From a virus, in the IMG/VR virus record IMGVR_UViG_3300038803_000160: 64,000 nucleotides of DNA; one strand, written 5' to 3'. The first letter of the stretch is position 1. Each line of letters opens with the position of its first letter. Both the position numbers and the translations under genes were made by a program. The notes under the pieces are model-generated. The model was not told the origin of the DNA. It worked only from the letters and a program-made list of their open reading frames with translations, and did not search any database. Positions 9,263 through 18,876 of this stretch are shown here, piece after piece.

Positions 9263-9475
9263 GTGTTCCAAGCCCTCGCGCTCGTGTGCCAGATGGTCCA
9301 TGGCCTTCCGAGCTGCACCGAGTTCTCATCGAACGAGAAGTACAAGACCAAGGAGGCCTGCGAGGAGTTCGTGCTCGCGGAGACTCCGAACCTCAAGACG
9401 GCGGTCGAGCAGGCCACCGGTCGTGAGGTGGTGCACATCGAGACGGTGTGCGTCAACCAGGGCCAGCCGTCGTGA
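9263..9475 (+). CDS. hypothetical protein
   Basis: AAGGAG RBS. Confidence 0.6.
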   Translation: MFQALALVCQMVHGLPSCTEFSSNEKYKTKEACEEFVLAETPNLKTAVEQATGREVVHIETVCVNQGQPS

Positions 9476-9596
9476 TCATCGTCGAGCTGTTCTTCTACGC
9501 CTTCATCCTCGTCATCATCGTCCAGGCTGGACGGATGATCTGGAAGAAGATCGCGAAGGCCAATCAAGACGCCTACGAGAAGCACCTTCGAGGTGA

Positions 9597-9944
9597 GTGA
9601 TGGCGTCGACAAGAACGGTCGGAGAGTTCTTCCCCAAATATCGGGGACCAGGGCGCGGTGTTCTGGTCTCCGAGATCACCACCTTGAGGGACCGCGATCC
9701 CAAGCTGTGGCGGACGCTGTACCTCGCGTGTGTGCGGACCCAGTTCGACATCTTGTGCGAGGTCTGGAAAGACCACTGCCACTTCACGGAGGAAGTCCAC
9801 GGCGCTTTCCGCGCGATCGTGAACTGCGGCTACTTTGTGGACGCGCTGAATGTTGAAAGCGCGGAGTCGCGGAAAGTCTTCCGCCTCGCGATCGAAGGCT
9901 ACGCTCAAGGCGCGAAAGCGCAACGGCTCGCGCGGGCCAGTTAG
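9597..9944 (+). CDS. hypothetical protein
   Basis: GAGGTG RBS, co-oriented ORF. Confidence 0.55.
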   Translation: MMASTRTVGEFFPKYRGPGRGVLVSEITTLRDRDPKLWRTLYLACVRTQFDILCEVWKDHCHFTEEVHGAFRAIVNCGYFVDALNVESAESRKVFRLAIEGYAQGAKAQRLARAS

Positions 9945-10236
9945 GTATCTCATTCAGTGGAATGAGCCGGACAAGGACCCGCTTTGGATGCGGGTCTATG
10001 AAAAAGGCATGACATGGACAATCGATCGCAGCTCGGGGACTACGCTGACAAGGAGCCAGCTCCGGAAGACACTACTCCGGTGCTCGACGCGGTTCCCGAG
10101 ACTCCGCAGCCTCCTACGCGCCGTGAAAATCCGGTTGTCGTGACCATTCTGAGCCTCGGATGGGCCCTGAGCGCCTTGTGGCTTGCCGGATATGGTTATT
10201 TTTGGTCACTCATCGAAAAAATCGTGTCATTCTGGC

Positions 10237-10283
10237 GTGACCCATATTGACACAGCCCTTAAGATAGTGTTAGTCAAGGTCAC
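10237..10283 (+). promoter_or_regulatory. promoter for scaffold/capsid with paired operator-like boxes
   Basis: GTGACCCATATTGAC overlapping TTGACA; GTTAGTCAAGGTCAC 32 bp downstream. Confidence 0.65.
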
Positions 10284-10316
10284 GTCAGCCACTTACCACC
10301 GCAAACCGGAGGGGCA

Positions 10317-11093
10317 ATGCCCAAAATCACGTTTGGCAAGCTCGACGAAATCCCGGAGGCCCTGAGGGGCACCGCGAAGGACGTCGGCGGCAAGTTCGAG
10401 ATCGACGTCGTCGCGACGTCGCAGTTCGAAGAGGTCCGAACCGCCAACACCCAGGTCTCCCAGGAGCGCGATCAGCTCCGCAGCCGGGTCGCCTCATACG
10501 CCAAGCTGGTCGGCGACGATCCGACCAAGGCGGAAGCGGAGCTGGCTGAGCTTCGCCGTACGAACCAGCTCGTCCAAGACGGCAAGCTCAAGGGCTCTGA
10601 CGCGGTCGAGCAAGAGGTTCTGAAGCGCCTCGGCGACATGAAGACGAGCTACGAGACGCAGCTCCGTGACGTCGCCCAGAAGAGCGCCCAGACCGAGCAG
10701 GCTCTGAATGCCGAGCGCACCAAGCGCCGCAACATGATCGTGGATCAGCACATCCGCGACGTCGTCTACGCCGACAAGAGCGGCGCCAATCCCCAGGCTC
10801 TCCCCGATATCCTCGCTCGCGCCCGCGATCTCTACACGGTCGACGAGCACGATCGTCTCGTCGCCAAGAAGGGCGACAGTGTCATTTACGGCAAGGACGG
10901 CGTCACGCCGCTCCCCGCGAACGAGTGGCTGACCAAGCTTCTCGATGACGCGCCGTATCTCCGGCTCCCCTCTGCGGGAGGTGGCGGCAACAACCGTCCC
11001 AACACGCCTCACGGAATGACGGATGAGGCGTTCCAGAAGCTGTCGCCCGAGCAGCGCATCGCGCTCGCCCGGAAGGCTGCTGCTGGGAAGTAG
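10317..11093 (+). CDS. capsid scaffolding protein
   Basis: Coiled-coil-rich, Gly linker near the C terminus, directly before the capsid gene. Confidence 0.8.
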   Translation: MPKITFGKLDEIPEALRGTAKDVGGKFEIDVVATSQFEEVRTANTQVSQERDQLRSRVASYAKLVGDDPTKAEAELAELRRTNQLVQDGKLKGSDAVEQEVLKRLGDMKTSYETQLRDVAQKSAQTEQALNAERTKRRNMIVDQHIRDVVYADKSGANPQALPDILARARDLYTVDEHDRLVAKKGDSVIYGKDGVTPLPANEWLTKLLDDAPYLRLPSAGGGGNNRPNTPHGMTDEAFQKLSPEQRIALARKAAAGK

Positions 11094-11094
11094 T

Positions 11095-11109
11095 GTGACC
11101 TTAGGTCAC
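11095..11109. promoter_or_regulatory. perfect operator-like palindrome GTGAC-CTTAG-GTCAC
   Basis: Read directly between the scaffold stop and the capsid RBS. Confidence 0.6.
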
Positions 11110-11155
11110 CACTCGTCTGAAGTGAGTCTCATCCAGTAACCAGGAGTATCAACCA

Positions 11156-12085
11156 ATGCCCTTGACCCTTTACGAGGCGTCCAAGATCAACAGCGGCGAC
11201 GTCGTCCGCGCTGGCATCATCGAGATGTTCGCCCGCGAGTCCGACGTGCTGCGCGCCATGGTGTGGGAGGACGTCCCTGGCGGCGCCTACCGCTACAATC
11301 AGGAAGGCACGCTGCCCGGCGTCGGCTTCCGTGGCATCAATCAGGCGTTCTCCGAGAGCGTCGGCATCATCAACCCGCAGGTCGAGGCGCTGCGCATCGC
11401 TGGTGGCGATCTCGACGTCGACAAGGCGCTGATCGAGTTCCACGGTGACTCGGTTCGCACCACGCAGGAGATGATGAAGGTCAAGGCGATGTCGCTGTAC
11501 GTCGCCGCCAAGGTCATCAAGGGCAACTCGCTCAGCGATCCGCTGGAGTTCGACGGCCTGCAGAACCGCATCGCGGGCTCGCAGCTCATCGCTGCCGGTT
11601 CGACCAACGGCGGTGACCCGCTCTCGCTCGCCAAGCTCGACGAGGCGATCGACGCTGTCGACAACCCGACCCACCTGATCATGTCGAAGGCCCTGCGCCG
11701 TCGTCTGACCCAGGCGGCTCGCGACACCGCTGTCGGCGGCTTCATCAGCTACGACGTCGACGAGTTCGGTCGCAAGGTCACCAAGTACAACGACCTTCCG
11801 ATCCTGATCGCCGACTACGACAACAACGGCGCTCGCATCCTCGACTTCAACGAGGTCGGCCCGGGCGGCGCCACCGCCACCTGCCAGTCCATCTACGTCG
11901 TCCAGATGGGCAGCACGGGTGTCCTCGGTCTCCAGAACAAGGTCATGGACGTCCGTGATCTCGGCGAGATCGACGCCGCGCCCGTCGTGCGCACCCGCAT
12001 CGACTGGAACGTCTCGTTCGCCTGCCTCCACGGCCGCTGCGCGGCCCGCGTGTGGGGCATCAGCGACGCCGCGTTCGTCGACTAA
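11156..12085 (+). CDS. major capsid protein
   Basis: LTLYEASK..EGTLPGVGFRGINQ..GGDLDVDK..EFDGL resembles YuA-like capsid proteins; strong codon bias. Confidence 0.9.
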   Translation: MPLTLYEASKINSGDVVRAGIIEMFARESDVLRAMVWEDVPGGAYRYNQEGTLPGVGFRGINQAFSESVGIINPQVEALRIAGGDLDVDKALIEFHGDSVRTTQEMMKVKAMSLYVAAKVIKGNSLSDPLEFDGLQNRIAGSQLIAAGSTNGGDPLSLAKLDEAIDAVDNPTHLIMSKALRRRLTQAARDTAVGGFISYDVDEFGRKVTKYNDLPILIADYDNNGARILDFNEVGPGGATATCQSIYVVQMGSTGVLGLQNKVMDVRDLGEIDAAPVVRTRIDWNVSFACLHGRCAARVWGISDAAFVD

Positions 12086-12102
12086 GCGACACGCTTGAGT
12101 GA

Positions 12103-12124
12103 CGGGGACCCTTCGGGGTTCCCG
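12103..12124 (+). terminator. C(UUCG)G hairpin after the capsid gene
   Basis: CGGGGACC-CTTCGG-GGTTCCCG; no U-tract. Confidence 0.5.
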
Positions 12125-12170
12125 CCTCTCTCGCCTTCATCACAACCCACGACCCACAAGGAACACTTCC

Positions 12171-12635
12171 ATGACCCAGGCTTCCAAGGTGAAGGCGATG
12201 TACGACGCCGCCAGCACCGCTCTCCTCCGCAACGCGGCCGACGGCGCCGAGACTTCTACCGCCACCGAGACCGCTGTTCCGCTCAACATCCTCGACGCCG
12301 CCTACTGGCAGTCGGGCAACAAGGTCGTCCCGCACGGCGTGCTGGAGGTGACCATCCATGTCACCGCCCTCGATCAGGCGCAGGCCGACGAGACCTATAC
12401 GCTCGCGCTGATGGTCGACGACGTTGCGGCGATGAACGACACCCCGCTCGCGGTCTGGACCCAGACCATCACGGCGACCGGCGTCTACACCGCCCTCATC
12501 GACAGCGACACCATCGCCAAGGTCATTGCCGACAAGTCCGGCACCGACCTGTGGATGGCGATCCGCGCCACCCTCGCGGGCACCACGCCGTCGATCACCT
12601 ACGGCGCCTGGATCAGCGCCTCTCGCTCGCCCTGA
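12171..12635 (+). CDS. putative capsid decoration/virion protein
   Basis: Follows the capsid gene; Ala/Thr-rich; AAGGA RBS. Confidence 0.6.
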   Translation: MTQASKVKAMYDAASTALLRNAADGAETSTATETAVPLNILDAAYWQSGNKVVPHGVLEVTIHVTALDQAQADETYTLALMVDDVAAMNDTPLAVWTQTITATGVYTALIDSDTIAKVIADKSGTDLWMAIRATLAGTTPSITYGAWISASRSP

Positions 12636-12745
12636 TCTGGCAGCGTGACGAACTGATCTGACGCTCTCCGGGTCGTCAGATCATAGCGGGCCCGGCGGCT
12701 CCGAACACGCCGGGCTCGCGCCTCGATCACTCTTTGGAGGGACGT

Positions 12746-13180
12746 ATGTCCAGGCAGAAGCCTTCGCCTCAGCATCTCTACGGTCGGTTCCGCTTCGTCG
12801 AGGACCCGAACACGGGAGAGGTGCACAACATGGGAGACGAGAACTCCCGTGACATGATGAACCACCACGGCTGGATCGATCGCGGTCGTGCGCCCGACGA
12901 GTACGCCGTCTACCTTCCGCCGAAGAAGCAGGAAGCCCCCAAGCCGGTCAAGGTCGGCAAGGGAACTGCGGCTGCGGAAGCGGAGGGCGATGACGAGAAC
13001 CGCGAGCTGCCGCCTCTGGTGCCCGAGACCTGGGCTGCCGACGACCCGAAGGCTGAGCTTTACGCGCTGCGCAAGCAGGCTCTCGCGCTCGGTGTCGAGG
13101 TCAAGCACTCGATGGGCAAGCGCAATCTGGAGAAGGCCATCGTGGAGGCGCAGTCCAAGCGCTCCTCGCCTGCGGTCTGA
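12746..13180 (+). CDS. hypothetical virion-associated protein
   Basis: GGAGG RBS; C-terminal LRKQA.ALGV helix-extension-helix-like motif. Confidence 0.6.
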   Translation: MSRQKPSPQHLYGRFRFVEDPNTGEVHNMGDENSRDMMNHHGWIDRGRAPDEYAVYLPPKKQEAPKPVKVGKGTAAAEAEGDDENRELPPLVPETWAADDPKAELYALRKQALALGVEVKHSMGKRNLEKAIVEAQSKRSSPAV

Positions 13181-13316
13181 CCCCATTCGCGTCCCTCTCC
13201 TGCGGCGGTAGCAGGGACGCGATGAGTGGGACAGAGCGCGGCTTATCCCCCCGGTCGGCGCCATCCTGCTCGGGGCGCACCAACTTCCCTCCCTGGTGCG
13301 CCCCACCCTTTCGTGA

Positions 13317-13838
13317 ATGGAGACGGACGTGGCAATCGTAGTCGAAGACGGCACCGGCCTGACGAACTCCAACAGCTACGCCAGCGTGGCTGAGGCGACC
13401 GCGTACTACGACGTCGACCGCACCGCGACATTCTGGGCCGATCTCACCGACACACAGAAGGAAGAGTACCTGCAGTGGGCGACGCGCGTACTTGACGCCA
13501 AGGTCAAGTGGCGTGGAACGGCGCGCACGCAGACGCAGGCGCTGGCGTGGCCGCGCACGGGCGCCTACGACCGCGAGGGCTACGCTCTCGCCTCGACGAT
13601 CGTGCCGAAGCCCGTGAAGAGCGCGCTCTTCGAGCTGGCGAAGTATCTCCACACCAACGATCTCACCTCGGGCCCGGACACAGGCAACCTGAAGAGCGTG
13701 AAGGTCGACGTCGTCGAAGTCGTCTACCAGGACGACACCGCGCAAAGCACGCTGCCCTCGATCATAAACTACCTGCTGACGGGACTGGGCCGCATGCAGC
13801 ACGGCGGCTCCTCGTTTGGCCGTATCCTGAGGGCATGA
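13317..13838 (+). CDS. head-tail adaptor (DnaT-like family)
   Basis: VEDGTG..NSY.SVAEA.AY..QALAWPR; true start may be GTG at 13329. Confidence 0.8.
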   Translation: METDVAIVVEDGTGLTNSNSYASVAEATAYYDVDRTATFWADLTDTQKEEYLQWATRVLDAKVKWRGTARTQTQALAWPRTGAYDREGYALASTIVPKPVKSALFELAKYLHTNDLTSGPDTGNLKSVKVDVVEVVYQDDTAQSTLPSIINYLLTGLGRMQHGGSSFGRILRA

Positions 13839-13839
13839 C

Positions 13840-14205
13840 ATGGGATTGAAGGACACCATCAAGAACGCGGCGAAGGCGGCGATCCAGGCGACGGGTGATC
13901 TCGCCCTGGGGGTCGACTACACGCGCGTCGTTCCCGGTGCCTACGATCCTACGACCGACAGCACCACCAACGTGACGACGACGTTCAGCGACGTCCCTGC
14001 GGTCAACGTGCGTCTCACGGAGCGCGAGGTCGAGTGGTTCCCCGCCGACGTCGTGACCCAAAAGCTGCTGATCGCAGCAGCCGATCTTTCCATTGTCCCG
14101 AGCGTGAACGACATCGTCACGATCGACGGCGCGGTGTGGCAAGTCCAGAAGGTCAACCGGGTCCCCGGCGACAGCCTCTGGATCGTCTTCATCCAGGAGC
14201 CGTGA
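13840..14205 (+). CDS. head closure/joining protein
   Basis: Synteny; GAYDPTT motif; 121 aa. Confidence 0.7.
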   Translation: MGLKDTIKNAAKAAIQATGDLALGVDYTRVVPGAYDPTTDSTTNVTTTFSDVPAVNVRLTEREVEWFPADVVTQKLLIAAADLSIVPSVNDIVTIDGAVWQVQKVNRVPGDSLWIVFIQEP

Positions 14206-14206
14206 C

Positions 14207-14671
14207 ATGGCGCACTTCGAAGGCACCAACCAGACCTTCAAGGCCCTGGAGCGGCAGCTCAAAGAGTTCGAGGCCGAGTGCGTGAAGGTCACCCACGACA
14301 TCGGCCTCGCGCTGATCGAGGCTCTGTTCTCGAAGACGCCCGTGTGGTCCGGCGAGACCGTTCGCAACTACACGCTCGGCGTCGGTGGTCGTGCTGGCGG
14401 CGGCACCAAGACACCTGTCGGGACGCCCGGCGAGTACGCGTCCGAGATCGCGCGCGGGCCCAACGAGGTGCTGGCGCGGGGTGATGCTCGTGCCGCGCTC
14501 ACTAACAAGTCGCTGAAGACGATCGTCGTCAGCAACAACGTCGATGCGGCCAAGTGGGAGCTGATCGACAGCGGCAACGCGCCCGAGCCTGGCCGCTCAC
14601 GCTATCCCGGCGCCGTCGCTCTGCGCGCCGAGCAGGAAGTGCGTGCACGCTTCGCGAGGTTCCTCAAATGA
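14207..14671 (+). CDS. neck/tail completion protein (HK97 gp10-like)
   Basis: TPVWSG..RN motif; synteny. Confidence 0.65.
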   Translation: MAHFEGTNQTFKALERQLKEFEAECVKVTHDIGLALIEALFSKTPVWSGETVRNYTLGVGGRAGGGTKTPVGTPGEYASEIARGPNEVLARGDARAALTNKSLKTIVVSNNVDAAKWELIDSGNAPEPGRSRYPGAVALRAEQEVRARFARFLK

Positions 14672-15093
14672 TGGACATCGATCGCGTACGCATCGCGGCG
14701 TTCGAGCGGATCAAGACGGCGGTACAAGACGCCGTCCCGGGCACGCCGGTCTACTCCGAGAACACCAAGTATCAGCAGCCGCGCGACACGCCGTGGGTGC
14801 TGTTCACGTTCATCCCCAACATCTCCTACAAGCGCGAGATGGGTGGCCGCTCGCTCATGCACATGGGCGTTATCAACTGCTACGTCCAGGTCCCCGGCGA
14901 GAGCGGGCAGAAGACCAGCAACGCGATCATCCAGGCGATCATCGACTCCTGCACCGACGTCAAGCTCGCGCTTGCGCCGTCTGGCTACCTCACGCTGTGT
15001 CACAACACAGTGCGACAGCGCGGCCTCGTCAACGGGTGGTTCGTGCGCAACGTGCTCGTTGAGTACAAGTATCAAGACGAAAGGAACACCTGA
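14668..15093 (+). CDS. tail terminator protein
   Basis: Synteny; EN..YQQP..PWV pattern. Confidence 0.65.
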   Translation: MMDIDRVRIAAFERIKTAVQDAVPGTPVYSENTKYQQPRDTPWVLFTFIPNISYKREMGGRSLMHMGVINCYVQVPGESGQKTSNAIIQAIIDSCTDVKLALAPSGYLTLCHNTVRQRGLVNGWFVRNVLVEYKYQDERNT

Positions 15094-15956
15094 TGACGAC
15101 CCTGACCGAGCTGGCCTCTGGCTTCAGTCTCGACAGCCTGCGACAGGCGGGCGAGTACGCGATCCCGGCCCCTACTGGCGCGCCTGTTGGCGTGAACCAC
15201 TGCTTCGTCACCGTGAAGTCGCACAGCCTCGCTGGCGTGCGGCGCGTGACGCAGATGCTTTACGACGCGGAGACCGGCGGCGGGCACTATCGCGCGTTCG
15301 GTAGCAGCGGCTGGACCGCTTGGGCCGAGGTTGGCGCGGGCGGTGGCAGTGGCTCTGGCGGCATCACGCGCACCGACGGGGCTCCCGACGACGGAGACGG
15401 CGAGGACGAAGACGTCCGCATCGATCCGGCGACCGGCGATGTCTATGAGAAGATCGGCGGCTCCTGGTCTGCTCAGGGCAACATGTTCACGGCCCAGGAC
15501 GACGCGTTCTGGACCCAGACGATCAAGGGAGCCAACACGACCAGACAGTCGACGGACGTCCTTGCCGACGATCCTGACCTGTGGTTCCAGGCCGAAGCCA
15601 ACCGCCTTTATCTGTTCCGCTTCTACGTCTGGTACGAGTCCGGCGGCACGCCTGACTTCAAGTTCGCGATCACTGGTCCAGCCTCGATCGACAAGTTGAC
15701 GGCCAAGCGGATGTATCTCACGCCGAACGGTTCCGCCTACAGCGGTATCGGTGAATACGGCGCGTTCGCATCGCTTGGGACCAACATCAACCAGACGGGT
15801 GGCACGCGCGGTTTCGTCGAGCTGGACGGTATTCTGGAGAACGGTCCTAACGCTGGCCCGGTGACGTTCCGGTGGGCCCAGAACACCTCGACGGCCTCCG
15901 ACACCACCGTCCTGCGCGGCTCTTACGTGGAGTTCAAGGACCGCCTCGACGTCTAA
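15093..15956 (+). CDS. fibre-like mosaic virion protein
   Basis: Knob-like N terminus ending GWTAW, Gly linker, GAP..DPATGDVYEK..W repeat unit, C-terminal RWAQNTS domain. Confidence 0.55.
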   Translation: MTTLTELASGFSLDSLRQAGEYAIPAPTGAPVGVNHCFVTVKSHSLAGVRRVTQMLYDAETGGGHYRAFGSSGWTAWAEVGAGGGSGSGGITRTDGAPDDGDGEDEDVRIDPATGDVYEKIGGSWSAQGNMFTAQDDAFWTQTIKGANTTRQSTDVLADDPDLWFQAEANRLYLFRFYVWYESGGTPDFKFAITGPASIDKLTAKRMYLTPNGSAYSGIGEYGAFASLGTNINQTGGTRGFVELDGILENGPNAGPVTFRWAQNTSTASDTTVLRGSYVEFKDRLDV

Positions 15957-15971
15957 GAAATCGTGACTTTC

Positions 15972-16030
15972 TGTGTCAATCGGGGTGATCCTGATTGACA
16001 CACCTCGCCCAGTGTGTTACCCAGAATGAC
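15972..16030 (+). promoter_or_regulatory. tail-tube promoter with paired operator-like boxes
   Basis: GTGATCCTGATTGAC at 15985 over TTGACA; GTTACCCAGAATGAC at 16016. Confidence 0.65.
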
Positions 16031-16068
16031 ACACTCCCTAACGACCGAGTAGTAGGAGTTACAACCCC

Positions 16069-17886
16069 ATGGTCGCCATCCAGAGCGCGGAGTCCAATCG
16101 CGCGTCAATCCGCATCTTGAAGGAAGCCGTGTGGGGAACCACCCCGGGTTCCGGCACCTCTGACGAGCTTCGCTTCACCGGCTCGTCCCTGGTCGCTGAG
16201 AAGCAGACCCAGATTTCCGACGAAATCCGTGCCGACCGCATGGTGCCTTCGGTGATCGAGGTCGGCGCTTCGTCGTCCGGCGGCATCTCCCAGGAGTTCT
16301 CGGCGGGCAGCTCGGACCCGTTCTTCGAGGCCTTCCTACTCGGCGCCTGGACGCAGCCGATGACGTTCTTCCAGTTGAAGGGCACTCAGGTCGACATCAC
16401 CGTCAACAACAAGGTGGTGCTCGGCGGCGGTGACTACCGGCACTCGGTCATTGTCGGTCGCTACTTCAAGCTCGAAGGCTTCCAGAACGCTGCGAACAAC
16501 GGCTACTTCGCCGTCGACAGCGTGGCCTTCACGGGCGGCAACACCGAGGTGACCGTCGCGGGCACCCCCTTCACGGTCGAGGCAGGCAACGCGCGCTCGA
16601 AATTCCTCGACGCGAACGACGTCATCCTGAAGTCGACCGCGACGGCCTTCACGAGCGGCAACACCATCAACGGTGGCGGCTCGAACTCCTTCGCGGGCAA
16701 GTCCCTGTTCGTCGGCCAGAAGATTTGGGTCGAGGGCCTGGGCAAGGAGACCGGCACGATCGAATTCCTGACGACCGACCCGACGGAGGGTGACACCATC
16801 ACCGTCTCGGACGGCGTGACGTCGGTCGTGTTCGAAATCCGGACCGACGCCTCCCTCATCGACGAGAACTCGGTGCACGTCGCCTTCTCGGGCACGCCTG
16901 CGACGCTGGCGGAGAACTTCCGCGCGGCGGTGATGACCGAGTTCAACAAGGGCACGTTCGACATCACGGCGACGCTGGCGACCGCGACCGTCACCCTGAC
17001 CAACCACAAGCGTACCGGTGGCTCGATCGCCGCCGACGGCGATGCGGTGTCGGTCACCGTCACTGCCTTCTCGGGCGGCTCGGCGACCAAGGGAGGTCTC
17101 TACACGATCGCGTCTCTCCCGAACGACGACACCATCGTCACCGAGGAGACGCTGTCGACGGACGCCAACTCGGGCACGCTGCCGGTGGTCATCAAGGGCT
17201 CGCACCTGCGCAACCCTGGTGTCCTGTCGCAGATCACGAAGCAGTCCTTCACGATCGAGACCGGCTTCACCGACGTCGCCAAGTATTTCGTCCGCAACGG
17301 CATGCGTGTGGGCTCGTTCGAGTTCAACGTGTCGGCGGGTGAGATCGCCACGATCGACTTCGAGTTCATGGGTCGCGAGACCCTGACCCGCTCGTCGACT
17401 CTGATCGGCACGTCGCCCTACACGGTCCGCCCGACTACGGCGACCGACGTCATGAACGCCACCGCGAACGTCGGCACGCCGAAGAAGAACGGCACCGCGC
17501 TCGACGCTGCGATCATGTCGATCGAGCTGTCCGGTGAGGCCTCTCTGCGCGAGCAGCCCGCCGTCGGCTCCCGCTTCCCGGCGGGCATCGGCTACGGCCG
17601 GTTCCAGCTCACGGGCACGCTCACCGCGTACTTCGAGACGCTGGACTTCTACAACGACTTCCTCAACCACACGACGATCTCGATCTCCTATGACTTCACG
17701 GACGCGGACAAGAACTTCTACGTGTTCACGATCCCGGCCCTGAAGATCACCAGTGATCCGATCTCTCCTGAGGGCATCGACCAGGATGTCATGGAAGAGA
17801 TGGAGTTCGTCGCCCTGCGTGACGCCACGCTCAACACGCAGTTCATGATCGACCGCTTCTCCTCGATCCGTCCCTTCGTCGCGTAA
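16069..17886 (+). CDS. major tail tube protein with internal insertion
   Basis: E..WGTTP..LRFTGSSL..SDEIRADR N terminus and TGTLTAYFE C-terminal half; precedes the chaperones. Confidence 0.85.
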   Translation: MVAIQSAESNRASIRILKEAVWGTTPGSGTSDELRFTGSSLVAEKQTQISDEIRADRMVPSVIEVGASSSGGISQEFSAGSSDPFFEAFLLGAWTQPMTFFQLKGTQVDITVNNKVVLGGGDYRHSVIVGRYFKLEGFQNAANNGYFAVDSVAFTGGNTEVTVAGTPFTVEAGNARSKFLDANDVILKSTATAFTSGNTINGGGSNSFAGKSLFVGQKIWVEGLGKETGTIEFLTTDPTEGDTITVSDGVTSVVFEIRTDASLIDENSVHVAFSGTPATLAENFRAAVMTEFNKGTFDITATLATATVTLTNHKRTGGSIAADGDAVSVTVTAFSGGSATKGGLYTIASLPNDDTIVTEETLSTDANSGTLPVVIKGSHLRNPGVLSQITKQSFTIETGFTDVAKYFVRNGMRVGSFEFNVSAGEIATIDFEFMGRETLTRSSTLIGTSPYTVRPTTATDVMNATANVGTPKKNGTALDAAIMSIELSGEASLREQPAVGSRFPAGIGYGRFQLTGTLTAYFETLDFYNDFLNHTTISISYDFTDADKNFYVFTIPALKITSDPISPEGIDQDVMEEMEFVALRDATLNTQFMIDRFSSIRPFVA

Positions 17887-17993
17887 CGACCCCGTACCAC
17901 GAAGAGACGTGTCGAGAGAGTAGGGCCCGGCGGAGTTTCCTTTTCCCTTCGCCGGGCCCGACTGCCTGCCGCTAGTAACCTGGGAGTGGACCT

Positions 17994-18473
17994 ATGACCG
18001 AAACTGCCGCCACGCCGCCTGTGGACCCCAACGCCGCCGACTTCAACAAGACGACCGAGCTTCCGGTGTCGATCTTCGACGTGTTCGAGACCGACATCTC
18101 TGCCGAGGAGGAAGGCCGCTGGTTCGACGGCTTCGGCGCCGAGGGCATCCGCATCAAGCTTCGCCGCCTGTCCAGCCGTAAGGCGATGGCGGTCCGCCAG
18201 CGACTGGCCCGCCGGTACCGCAGCTCCGCCAAGAACGGCGTCCTGCCTCAGGACATCCAGGACACCATCCTCCGCACCACCGTCGCCGAGGGCTGCTTCG
18301 TCGACTGGGAAGGCATCAACGATCGCAGCGGCAAGCCGATCAAGTTCTCTCCGGAGGCGGCGCTGGAGCTGATGACCAAGCTGCCGAACTTCGCGAAGGC
18401 GGTCACGCACGTCTGTGATCAGCTCGAATTCTGGCGCGCCGAAGAGCAGGCCGCCGTGGAGGGAAACTCCTAG
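17994..18473 (+). CDS. tail assembly chaperone
   Basis: EEEGRW..VDWEG motifs; lies between tube and tape measure. Confidence 0.8.
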   Translation: MTETAATPPVDPNAADFNKTTELPVSIFDVFETDISAEEEGRWFDGFGAEGIRIKLRRLSSRKAMAVRQRLARRYRSSAKNGVLPQDIQDTILRTTVAEGCFVDWEGINDRSGKPIKFSPEAALELMTKLPNFAKAVTHVCDQLEFWRAEEQAAVEGNS

Positions 18474-18874
18474 AGTTCCTTCAGTTCTGGGCGAAGCACA
18501 AGCTGACCCCGAAGAAACTGGAGGAGCTGGAGAAGCTGCGGAAGTCGGGCAAGCAAGTCAAATTGCTCGACACCATCCCGAGGCTTCTCCCAGGCACTGA
18601 GTGGCTGTGGACTGCTTGGACGGCGCTCGCAACTCGGCGCATCCGGCACCCGCAGCCGCAACCGATCCAGCTCTCCGAGATCAACGCGTACGCGGAATAT
18701 CTCGGGGTGTTCGGGCGGAGCGAGCATGATCTGCTCATCGGCGTAATCGGCAAACTCGACGGCTACTACATCGAGGCCTGGGAGCAGGAAGCCGAGAAGC
18801 ACCGGAAAAAGCAGGCGATGGCGCAGAAGCGTCAAGGCAGGCGGGGCAGCATGAAGTCGAGACGGAGACGCTGA
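18461..18874 (+). CDS. -1 frameshift extension of the tail chaperone (G-T type)
   Basis: Slippery G GGA AAC at 18461-18467 just before TAG; -1 frame open to 18874. Confidence 0.8.
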   Translation, partial: GKLLEFLQFWAKHKLTPKKLEELEKLRKSGKQVKLLDTIPRLLPGTEWLWTAWTALATRRIRHPQPQPIQLSEINAYAEYLGVFGRSEHDLLIGVIGKLDGYYIEAWEQEAEKHRKKQAMAQKRQGRRGSMKSRRRR

Positions 18875-18876
18875 GT

